Assembly (NCBI RefSeq): GCF_902459465.1
Contig: NC_047075.1
Span: forward strand, 12,896,001 to 12,960,000
DNA length: 64,000 bases
Direction: 5' to 3'
Source: Asterias rubens
Taxonomy: Eukaryota
Each line of letters begins with the position of its first letter. Within the stretch, counting starts at the first letter, position 1. Of this stretch, positions 46,739 through 58,000 are shown piece by piece. Position numbers and translations under genes: made by a program. The notes beneath the pieces were generated by a model that was not told the origin of the DNA, ran no database searches, and was given only the letters and a program-made list of their open reading frames with translations.

Positions 46739-47533
46739 TTCAATGTTTTTGAACCACTACATCATGTAACGTCCAACCGAACACCGTGTTTTTGTAATTA
46801 ACAAAAAGCACTATGTCTAGTCTAATTTTTGTTTTTTGTTCAACCAAAAATTAAAATCCTTTCTATCAATTGTGATGATCCAATATCCCATGTCAATATT
46901 ATAACATTTTATGTTTGATAATTCAGATTGACAAAACATGATCACAAAGGTTTTTTAATATGTTATTTTATTTAGATTTTATAACTTAAATCATATTTTT
47001 AGTAATTTATTCAAACATTAGCAGGGGTCCACTGATGCATTGGACTGCAACCATGATTTAGCATTGTGACACACACACAAATTTGTAATATATCCTTTAT
47101 TTATAATTTTTTTATCATTTGTTTTTCATTTACTCCTCGAAGCATTTTGCATCACTTAGTTGATGCTATAAGTTATCACACAAGCGCGAGTGGAATACGG
47201 AAAAATATAGTACTTCTGTGTCCCATATCCAACGAGGCCACTGGTAGTGATATTAGCCGTGCAATATAGGTTTTTATCACCACTCTATTCTGCGAATCTG
47301 ATTGGTGGATTAGCGCGTACTTGAAGATAAAGTCTAATATAATGTTTGATGTTGATGTCAGTTGTTGAAATTCTTGTTAAAAAAAAAGGGGGGAAAAAAT
47401 TTTTTTGTTTTTCGTGATTAAATGAATAGTTTACTGCGCAACAACAGCAAACAAGGGCAACACCAAGAAATATTTTGTATGATTTTGGATATCAGTGAAG
47501 TAATTGATAATCTGATTTGATCTATTTTGACAG

Positions 47534-49819
47534 GGCAATGATGAGTTCCAAGAACAAGGTGGTGAACCTTTGTATCCAGGCTGCACAGTCACAAAAGATC
47601 AATCAAGTGTACTGATCCTATCATACATTCTACGGCATGGAGTAAGTGGCGAAGGACTAAATGATCTGATGAAACTGTTGAATATTTTGTTTCCTAACAT
47701 CCTTCCAAAATCCAAGTATATGTTTTCAAAAGAGTTTCTTGGTGTAGTAGGGGTTTTGAACATCCATATTTACTGTGCTGAATGTACATGGTACTTAGGT
47801 GATCGAAAGGAGATTCAACAAGAGGGTTTTTGCCCAGAATGTGAATGTTCATTTAATGTTGAACAAAGTTTAGATACAGGCAATTTTTTTGTCACATTAC
47901 CCCTGCTAAAACAAATCAAAGATGTAATGGAATGTGGTGAAGATGTTGTACGTAATCGTATCATAAAATCTGAAGTACAGGCAGCTAACTTGAACAATGT
48001 GACTGATGTGTGTACAGGGCAGGTGCTTAGGTCATTGGTACAAAGTAATGATATTTCAGATGATGATTTCACCCTCACTTTCAATATCGATGGTGTTCCA
48101 GTTTTTAAGTCTTCCAATCGTGCGCTTTGGCCTGTACAGTGTAGTATCAACGAGTTACAGTATAATGACAGAAAAAGGAATATCCTCATAACAGGCTTGT
48201 GGTTTGGCAGTAAACCAAGTATGAGCACATTTTTACAGCCACTTAGGGATGAGGCCATCTTGTTAGGGGATGAAGGGTTTCAGTGGAAAAATCCATTAAC
48301 TAACCAGCTGGTTAGAAGCAGAGTGTTCTTTGTCTGTTCATCATGTGATTCTGTAGCGAGACCTCCCGTTCGTAACAGCACGCAATTCAATGGTTGCTAT
48401 GGGTGTGACTGGTGTTATCATCCTGGGAAACGTGTTCCAAAAGGAAGGGGATTCGTAAGATGCTACCCTTTTCAGTATCAAGAACCAGAGCTTCGATGTC
48501 TACCAAGGCATGGAGAAAATGTCATCCAGGCTGTGGAGATTGGGGAACCAGTATATGGCATAAAAGGGCCTTCATTACTGATGTTTTTCCCAAAGTTTGA
48601 TGTCATCAAAGGGTTTGCTGTTGACTACATGCACTGCGTCCTTTTGGGGGTTGTCAGGCAGTTTTTGACATTATGGTTTGACAGCAGTAACCATGACCAA
48701 CCCTGGTACATATGAACAAAAACAAATGATGTCAACAAACGCCTTATGGAAATGGCTCCCCCACATGAAATAACTCGAGCACCAAGACAATTGGAAACTA
48801 GGAAATTCTGGAAGGCCTCTGAACTAAGGTCTTTCCTACTCTTTTATTCTCTCTTTGTTTTGGATGGGATATTACCTTCCAAGTTCATAAACCATTGGTT
48901 CTTACTTGTCTATGCCACTTTCAAACTTGTTCAGAATGAAATAGGTGAAGATGACCTGGAAAAAGCCGAACTTGCTCTAAAGAAATTTGTTATCTTTACT
49001 GCTAAGTTGTATGGCGAGAAACATGTTTCATTTAATATCCACCTTTTGTGCCATCTTGCAAAAAGTGTGTCTGCCTGGGGACCAGCATGGTCAAACTCTG
49101 CTTTTCCGTTTGAGGGAAATAACCAAATTCTCTTAAGATTAATACACGGAACACAATTTGTGCCCAAACAGTTGGCTCTTCAGTTTCAAATTTACAAAGG
49201 AAAACAGCAGCTAGCAAAGAAGTGCTTGATTGAGGCGAGCCCAGCTTGCAAAGACTTGTATGCCAAACTTACTCATGTTGGTTCATATCGACCTATTGTA
49301 AGAATGCAAATTGACAATACCGAGTTGTTGGGTAAGGCTGTAGTAAGGCAACTCGATGTTGCAGATATGATTGCAGTTAATCATTTCTTTGGTGATCAGC
49401 TGATGAGGACAGAAGAAGTTCATTACTACAAAAGGTTCCAGTACGAAGGTAGATTATTTCATAGTGAAGACTACAGGAGACAATCCAAGCGGAATAACAG
49501 TGTAGTGCAGCTCACAGACGGAAGTTTCTGTAGCATCAAGGCCCTGATAACTTTGCAGTGCCGGTGTGCCTGTGTTGGGCCATGTTTTTGTGTCTGGACA
49601 TCAGTTGTAATTGTAAATGTTCTTAGAACAAATCAAGGTTCTCTGTTTGTGGACAGGCAGCTTGGTATTAGATCAGAGAGTATTCATAGTGTATCATCAC
49701 AAGGAATTGCAGCAAGAGCAATAAGTGTGGCTAGTATTAAAGAAAAGTGTGTAGTATGCAGAAAGAGGGGTAACATTATGTTTGTGGTAGTTTTGCCAAA
49801 TAAGTTTGAGCGGGATTGA
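47534..49819 (+). pseudogene. CACTA/EnSpm transposase 2 (Transposase_21/DUF4218-like), main exon with one premature stop
   Basis: FNIDGVPVFKSS..LWP, CDSVARP..QFNG.YGC.WC, DYMHCVLLG, WKASE, NIHLLCHL..WGP..SAFPFE. The TGA at 48713-48715 is in frame between the two ORFs (WYI*TK, likely GGA>TGA). Acceptor AG at 47532-47533. Confidence 0.88.
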
Positions 49820-51746
49820 CCATCTGACCAATGTGAGAAACTGTAGTTTTGGCTTGACCTTCTACGATGTACTGTGTATTACATTTCCTATAGACTGCAT
49901 ATGCCTGTAAATAAAACAGTGGTTTATAACAATTGAGGATTTCTTAACCTGTATATTTTGTGTAAATCATCCAATAATACTAATACCAAATCATCTAATA
50001 CCAATTAGGTAAACACCCTATATTGTACTTGACAAACACAGTTTTTGACCTCATGTATGTGATTTTTTAAGGCTCAATTAGGTTAATGCCGTAATCTAAA
50101 AAGGAATGAAAACAGTCATGCTTTGCCTGTTCTCTTTTTTGGCAATGCTGTAAAGAAAAAACCACTAAAAGTAGAAATAATAATCCATTTAAAATATTGT
50201 GTGTGATTGTCACAACAAGGATTCCCTTGCAACATTTTTTGTAGTGTTACTTTACATTGTTTCTACACTAGAACATCCACAAGTAGCCAGCCAGCAACTG
50301 AAATTTAGATTTTTATTAAACAAAATTTAAGGTAGTTTAGTACCATCTGTGTAATATGAAAGTGTATTTCACATTGCACATTTTTAGATTGCCATAATGT
50401 CATTCCAAAATAGTGCCTAAATGTCTAACTGTAAGCTCGCCAAAAATATTTGTAAGGGATTACCCATACATACATCCTTATTGTTTTGGCATGCATTTTT
50501 GTATAGTTTTAACTGTACAAAAATATTGAATAAATTCAAGAATGAAATTTCGTTGGGCTCGTTAACAAAGAATTATGCGCTTACGAGGCCCTGTAAAACA
50601 CATAATTCTGTGTGCATCAGAGTAGAATTTTGACATGTAAACATGATTAAACTTAGTGCACTCTGTAAGTTAGGTAGTATTCATGTATGATGTGATGCAT
50701 TGCCAAAAAAATTTTTAAACCTGCTTTAAAACCTGTTTTGTAAATCTGTAAGATAAAGCCTTCCGTATTGTGTAAATATTTTATAATGTAGTAATGTGTT
50801 ATATCTGTAACAGTGGCATAACCACACATTTTCATAGGGGGAGGGTGGCAAAGACATAAAACTGGGGGCTTTTGAATGTATCGAACGAAATGTTGTGCAC
50901 TTTTTTTTGGCGGGGGGGCAAGGATTTTATACACAATGGAGACGTTTACATCTTGTCAAAAAGTGGCCCCATAGTATGTTTAAGATCAGATAAAAATGAA
51001 CATGTATAATTTAGCTTCCTTCATCAATTTCTGCCACAAAACTCACTGAATTCTGACAAATTGTATACTATTAAAGACGGGTATTTATGCGTGGGTACAA
51101 GTTTGACCAACATTTTTTCTTCTTAAAGTGTGTGAGCATTTAATGTACACTGTATGGAAATGTTTTTCTTTTGTGAAAGTGTACTCCATAACTGTTATTT
51201 GTAAAAACTGTATAAATGTTAACATTGAAAATTAAACCTTTTATAGGTTTAAATAATTGAAAATTTAACCTTTTATAGGTTTAAATGAGTTAGAAATAAA
51301 TTTCTTTCATGTTTTAATGTAAATGATGTTTTTCCTTGGCTATGTTTTCCAACAAATAGAGCAAATGTGTTTGTGTTATCGTTTACAATGAATATTACAT
51401 TTTTACACCCTTTATAAGCAATTAAAAAATACCCCAGACAGTTTCTCTACTCCTATTGGTGGAGACCGCATCACGTGGGTCTGCATAAACCTTTTGTTAA
51501 TGCACACTGGAGCTCTGTTTATAACAAGCTGGCTTCCGCGGGTCCGAAGATTATCACGCGGAACGCAATTCATAGCTATCAGCGCGTAATCTAAGCGCGC
51601 CCGCGTACACACAACCCACGCGCATGAAACAGATTCTTCACAATATTTTTGACAAAATGTTTCAAACCCAATTTTCAATTGATAAGGTGTCCATAACTGT
51701 ATTTTGTAAAAGTTTTTTAACAAAAGGGCATTTATGAATGGGAATA

Positions 51747-51912
51747 AAAGAGTGGTGACTCGTTCTTAAATGTCCGTTTAAAACCTTGCAGAGTTATTGC
51801 CGTGCGATCAAGGCCCTCGTCAAAGCCTTCGGCTCAGGCCTTAATCACATGGCCGCCTACCCTGCCGGCTTTAAACATGTGTTAAAGAACTTGTCGCTAC
51901 CCCTTTATTTCC
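51747..51912. repeat. Palindromic MITE-like repeat
   Basis: Arms GGGAATAAAAGAGTGGTGACTCGTTCTT.. / ..AAGAACTTGTCGCTACCCCTTTATTTCC and GCCGTGCGATCAAGGCC / GGCCTTAATCACATGGC are imperfect reverse complements. Confidence 0.6.
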
Positions 51913-52019
51913 TTATTTAATGTCAAAAATGACTCTCACCACTAGAAACCATACAGTATTACCAGTGACTCATCATCAATGACTGACTTGTAAAGTAGGG
52001 TTGCCGCTTACCAGTGGTG

Positions 52020-53604
52020 AAACTTTAATGGTATCAAAAGTTGGCATCATAATGGTCAATGGTTTTGTTTTGCATCAAGTATACATTTACCAATGGTACC
52101 ATTATACATCATATAGTGCATCTTTACTATGATGTGTACCAATTGTTTTCGCGTAACTTTCAGAAGCACCATTAAAACACCATTCATGATCTTGTTCCCA
52201 GTGATGTACCATTTACTGTCATAACTTGTATACATTATACAAATGGTATGACGAATAATGATACCAAAGAAAAACAGATGTGCCATTTATTTTCATGTTG
52301 CCATTAACAGCACTATTAAAACACCATTGTATACAATTCATGGCCATTCAATACCATCGTTAGACCAAAATATGTACCATTCATTTTAACATTCCATTAA
52401 CAGTCCCATTGACATGCCACTGTATACCATTCATATTGTTTAATACCTAATTATTTAAAAATATGTACCAATCATTTCCACACTACCGTTGACACACCAT
52501 AGGTAACCATTCATATGACCATTCTTTATCATTCGATATCATTCAAAACCATTGTTAAGCAAAGAGATTTTACATTCTTTTTCACATTACCATTGACACA
52601 CCACTGGACACCGTTCATAACCATTCTTTATCATTTGATATCATTTAACACCATTGTTAAGCAAAGAGATTTTACATTCTTTTTCACATTACCATTGACA
52701 CACCACTGGACACCGTTCATAACCATTCTTTATCATTGGACATCGTTCAACACCATTGTTAAGCAAAGAGATTTTACATTCATTTTCACATTACCATTGA
52801 CACACCACTGGACACCATTCATAACTAATCTTTATCATTGGACATCGTTCAACACCATTGATAAGCAAAGAGATCTATCATTCATTTTCACATTACCATT
52901 GACACACCACTGGACACCATTCATAACTAATCTTTATCATTGGACATCGTTCAACACCATTGATAAGCAAAGAGATCTATCATTCATTTTCACATTACCA
53001 TTGACACACCACTGGACACCATTCATAACTAATCTTTATCATTGGACATCGTTCAACACCATTGATAAGCAAATAGATCTATCATTCATTTTCACATTAC
53101 CATTGACACACCACTGGTCACCATTCATAACTAATCTTTATCATTGGACATCGTTCCACACCATTGATAAGCAAAGAGATCTATCATTCATTTTCACATT
53201 ACCATTGACACACCACTGGACACCATTCATAACTAATCTTTATCATTGGACATCGTTCAACACCATTGATAAGCAAAGAGATCTATCATTCATTTTCACA
53301 TTACCATTGACACACCACTGGACACCATTCATAACTAATCTTTATCATTGGACATCGTACAACACCATTGATAAGCAAAGAGATCTATCATTCATTTTCA
53401 CATTACCATTAACAGCACCATTGACACACCACTCATACCATTCATAACAAGTCAATACCATTGTTAAATGAAAAGATGTACCATTCAGTTTAACATTACC
53501 ATTAGAAGCACCATTAATACACCATAGGACACCATTCAATACCATTCAGTACCATTAGATACCATTAGATACCAATCATTACCATTGGTTTATTTTTGTA
53601 AGGG
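52020..53604 (+). mobile_element. Subterminal ACCATT-motif field and CCC-type right terminus of an EnSpm-like element (probably CACTA element 2)
   Basis: Dozens of ACCATT/AATGG motifs ending at TTTTTGTAAGGG (53593-53604; reverse complement CCCTTACAAAAA). Confidence 0.6.
52510..53420. repeat. 102-bp tandem array, about 9 copies
   Basis: Period 102 bp (e.g. TTTATCATTGG at 52831 and 52933). It produces the 34-aa periodic ORF 52515-53447. Confidence 0.95.
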
Positions 53605-53625
53605 TATCCTCTAATTTTGGTACAA

Positions 53626-53645
53626 TTCCAAGATGGCGGACGCCA
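53626..53645 (+). promoter_or_regulatory. YY1-like CAAGATGGCG motif, possible promoter of the downstream gene relic
   Basis: CCAAGATGGCGG. The same motif occurs at ~39732-39742 upstream of the Chapaev 1 gene. Confidence 0.3.
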
Positions 53646-54219
53646 TTAAACCTTTGGCGGGAACTTTAATTATATTATTTAGTTTGCCGTTATTTATGCT
53701 TTTCTGTTTGCCATCCATTTCCAATCTTTGGCAAATCGTTTATTATAGATAGTTTTTATCCAAGTTCACGGATTATTTCATTGATTTGTTTATTTCTAAA
53801 ATACTTAATTTCTAGGCTGGAAAACAGCAACACTCTCGCGTCTTTTAAGGATTTCCTAATTACTTGTAAATAGTATTTGTGACTTGTAAGTTTTATTCTT
53901 AATGTTCTATTTAAATTATGTTTATTTAATTAGACTCTCTCCTTTGACGTCGGAGACTTAACACCACATTATTTTCTCCGTCTTCAATTCAGATATAAAT
54001 AAAAGTATGGAACAGCGAAGATTGTGTCCCGCAGGATCCTTTATTTAAGCCGGTCACAGTAATAATTAAATGGGCTGGAAAATCAGCCACAAGGGCCTAA
54101 AATAGTTTTGCAGTAAAATATTGAATAAAGAACTTGTCTAACAAAGAGCAGTGGATTTCACTTTTGTGTTCCGAATAATTTTTAACATTTACATTTTCTG
54201 GCCATTGAATAAAAGGATC

Positions 54220-54448
54220 ATGGTGAAACTAAGAGCAGATGGCAAACAAGCGAAAACTGTACACAACTATATGTTTGCCCTGAAGAAGCTGTGCCACTAT
54301 CTGCACATATTTTCAGCGACATCGCCCAGGCCCTCAACGTATCAAGCGCAACCATCATAAAAACACAAGCTGTAACCGAAGATATGATGAGGAGCACCCG
54401 GACAGGCATTGTTGCACGACAGTCCGAAGTGAAGTCGCAGATTGGAGG
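54220..54448 (+). pseudogene. Exon relic resembling the core-binding domain of a tyrosine-recombinase-like protein
   Basis: MVKLRADGKQAKTVHNYMFALKKLCHYL plus, after a 1-bp shift, FSDIAQALNVSS..KSQIG, ending at a GTGAGT donor. No catalytic motifs are seen. Confidence 0.25.
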
Positions 54449-54545
54449 TGAGTAAAAGTTTACCCCATACATAGTTTTTGCCATGTGATTTGTTTAGCAC
54501 ATCGCAATATATCGTCAAGAGTAAACATAATATTTGTATTTGTAG

Positions 54546-54770
54546 TTAAAGGGACACGTTGGCTTCGGGTTGCGCTTTATTGGGCGTTTTTGGGCTATGA
54601 CAAGCGTTTGATGTAAAATGATTATGGTTGGAAAGATGTTAAAAAAGTAGAATATAATGATCTACACAAACATGCCTTAGAAATGCTTCGCTTTTGCTAA
54701 CTTTCTCGAAACAAAACGCTCCGCCATTTATGGGGGTCAAGATTTTGACTCCCATAAATGGCCGCCAAAT
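54546..54770. repeat. TTAA-started, internally palindromic repeat fragment (Kolobok-like non-autonomous); related piece at ~63420-63545
   Basis: Begins TTAAAGGGACACGTT. Contains the palindrome CCATTTATGGG(G)GTCAA..TTGACTCCCATAAATGG. GGTT(G/A)GAAAG..ATGTT..AAAAGTAGAATA is shared with ~63440. Confidence 0.4.
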
Positions 54771-55006
54771 TCACTAGTCTTATTTCCAGTCGCAGCCTTT
54801 GAACTATACGACTGAGCAATTATTAACCATTTTACGAACCCCATTTGTATCTATCTCTTCCTCCATGGTTACCAACAACAAAAAACAGTTCATGAACAAA
54901 AATAAAAGGGCCTACGTTGAATTAACTTTTTATAAATCTATCTAAGCAGCAAGTTCAGCCCACGTCCCGGGGCCGAGCGGCTGCCGTCCAGCGGGCCATC
55001 ATCCCC

Positions 55007-58000
55007 CACCGCTGTTCAGAACGCACCAACGAAAGACATTTGGTTTTACGCATGCGCGGCTTTCAATGGAAGGTCAACTTGAAATGAATTATTCATAAGT
55101 TGTGACCTACCGCTGTATTTGTACGTTTCAGAACGGAACAAAGGGTAAAAAAAGGTACTGAATATTCATATTTGGAGATAATTTTGACCAATAAACAACT
55201 CTTTAAACCTTACTCTTGTAATAATAATGACTCACCCCCTTGTTATCCGACCCCTGACCGCGGGAAAGCCCTCATTTTGTTGACAGATGTCGTCTGCCTG
55301 CGCAACGTAAATCCGACTTTATACGGTGAGTTTGGGGGGCGTTTATGAACGAAATTGAATTCATTTGATAAAAGAAACATATTTTTTGTAGAGAAAAAAC
55401 ACATTTCTGTTAAATTATTATATTTTCATGACTGCAAACCCCCTGGATTGATCAAAATCAGCGGGATTTCCCTGACGTTTTGTTGACTTCTGCGGCTGTT
55501 CCGCGGTGCACATAGTGCGTGTTACATGTACATTTACACATTGTACACGATAGTTCGCAGTGTTTTGTGCATGCACACCACAAGAACGGTCGCTGATGAT
55601 CGGATATTGTATCCAATTGCTCATTTTGTTAGTGGGCTTGGTCAAAACAAAAGTCCCCCAATATGCAATTTTGAATACATTCTTTTGAATTTTCAATATA
55701 TTATTAAAAAATAAAACGATGATAAAACTATTCTATTTTTTTAGGTTAATTTAAGAAGGATTCTATGTTTTATTCAAAATACAATGTTTACAATTTGTTT
55801 ACTTCTTAATCTCTTGTCTTAATAATGGAACGGTGTTACTTAGCTTGATTAATTAAGTGATAAACAATTCACAATTATGATTTCCACAACACTTACCCCC
55901 ATACTCTAACATCAGTATTTATCAAATATAATTATTTTTTTAATTTAACTTCTTTGATAAACAACAAACCATTTTTTTTATTGGAAATTATATTAATATT
56001 ATTTTACTTTGATTAATTGATTTTAACACCTGTACATTTTCTTATGTACACAACAAATCCCCAAAAGGAAATTAAAACAACTAACAATATAACTGCTTTC
56101 AAATTTTACATTTTATAGGTATAGAATAATATGAGTGCCCAGCATGAACATACAAGAAATCTAGAGAAATTATGCAGAGTGTGTGGCAATGCTATCCGAA
56201 AATGGAAAAACAAAAGCAAAAAAAATAAAAGATGCAGTGCTTACTCAGAAAAGATACAAGTAAAATATGGAATTAATATCCAAGCTGATGAACATCATCG
56301 CCATCCCTCACAAATCTGTCACCTTTGCTACTCAAATTTGTTCCTTCCAAAACCCCATCACCCCCCCAATGAGTGGCCTCCCCATCCTGAAAGAGGAACT
56401 TGCACTGTGTGTGCTAAAGTTGATGAAGTGAAAACTGGACGGCCTGCAGCCAAGTATGCCAGACTGGAACGACTCGATACAGATGAGGCAACAGCCAAAG
56501 AAGTAGTTTCTCAGCACTTCAACACTTTGGCTGAGACAACCACAATATTTGTTCGTGACAACTTCACAACAGATGAGTCATCGATATGTTGTCAAATTTG
56601 CAGCCAAATATTGAACAGACCGGTTGAAACACAGTGCCATCACATTTTCTGTTTGGACTGCTTACAAGTAGTGTTTAACCGGTCATCATCGTCATCAGTA
56701 CTTTGTCCAAGCTGTCACAAACATACAAGTCTGAAGGACACCAGCCCTGTCCGAGAATATTTTTTAAATATTCTCGGAAATGCAAAAGTCACCTGCAGAA
56801 CCTGCAACCGAAGCAGTTGGCTAAATAGTACATCTAGCCATGATTGTAAGGACCCTCTGACATCACAACATATAGATGAACACATATTCAGAGACCTCAT
56901 CAAGAGAAATATGTCTGCGTCTGGAAAGTTGGGTCAGCAGGTGACATCAACTTTGTTGAAACAACAAATACAAAGTGATGGAGGAACAGTTAGGCTTTCT
57001 ACAGGTGGAAAGGTAAGTTTGCATTAGTTAAAATGATGAATGCCTAATTCATTACAAGACTAAAAACGGATGTTTTTTAAAAATAAATGTTTAGTTTTAT
57101 GTCTGCATTTTAAAAAAAAGTATTCTGAAAGATATCTTTTTACTTTCATTCCAATTACAGGCAATGTATGTTCAACGCATAACTCATCCGAGAAAGTCGA
57201 GCGATGACGTTTCAAAACGAACACTCTTTCGGCGAACAAAACTTGTGAAAGATAAACTCCAAGAAGTCAGTGGGAACAAGGCTACGGAACAACTAAGCCA
57301 CATGCTCAGAACAGCTACAAGGCACGATCTTCAGCATCTGTTAAAGAAGATCAAATTCACCACATATATTCCACCTCTAGAGGAACTGGCTCTAAAATCT
57401 GACATAAGTCTGTCATGGGCTGCCCTTCGTGAACTCAAGCTGTAAGATTTATAAGATCATCTTTTTCTTCTCAACTTTTAAGAAAGTTTCACTGTGGTAA
57501 TATATGAATATCAACACATAAAAACTAAAACAAATAAGTTACATTTATGTGATAATCTTTAAATTGTTCTTTTGTTCCCAGGTGGTTGAGACAGTACAAT
57601 ATTATTATGGCCAACGAACAGACAACCCGAAAAGTCAGCCAAATGTCTGTTGGACAAGACATCTTGGAGGGAGAGAGACTGCCCTTTGTTGCGAATGATC
57701 ACGGAAGCCTTGTCAGCAAGCCCGCTCCCTGTGTCTTCATTACAGACTTGAAGAAATACGTCTTGGGTCTGTTGGATGATTATGAAAGGTAACTTTATGG
57801 ATTGAACGTACTTTCAACTGCAGGAAATTGTAATCACACACTTGTTGTAGCTGAAAACATAGATACGCAAGTACCCCAATAACTATAAAATAACACTTTG
57901 TTTCTTATTACTTTTTAGATGTGGAAAGTTGCAATGGACGGAAGGGATGCCAAAAGAGGAGATCTGGTTGAAGCTAGGAGGGGATAAGGGGGGCGGGAGT

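Larger units (their letters stand above)
10607..46820 (+). mobile_element. Outer Helentron/Helitron2-like element A (ends only; interior filled by nested insertions)
   Basis: 5' head AGGTGTTCGGC-caaca-GCCGAAC hairpin after a T-run. 3' end CCGAACACC (46777-46785, inverted match to 10608-10616), then a TTTTTGT-5nt-ACAAAAA hairpin, then ATGTCTAG|T. Confidence 0.65.

Noticed and set aside
52515-53447. 310-aa ORF as a protein-coding gene
   Set aside because: It is only the stop-free frame of a 102-bp tandem array in a transposon subterminal region.
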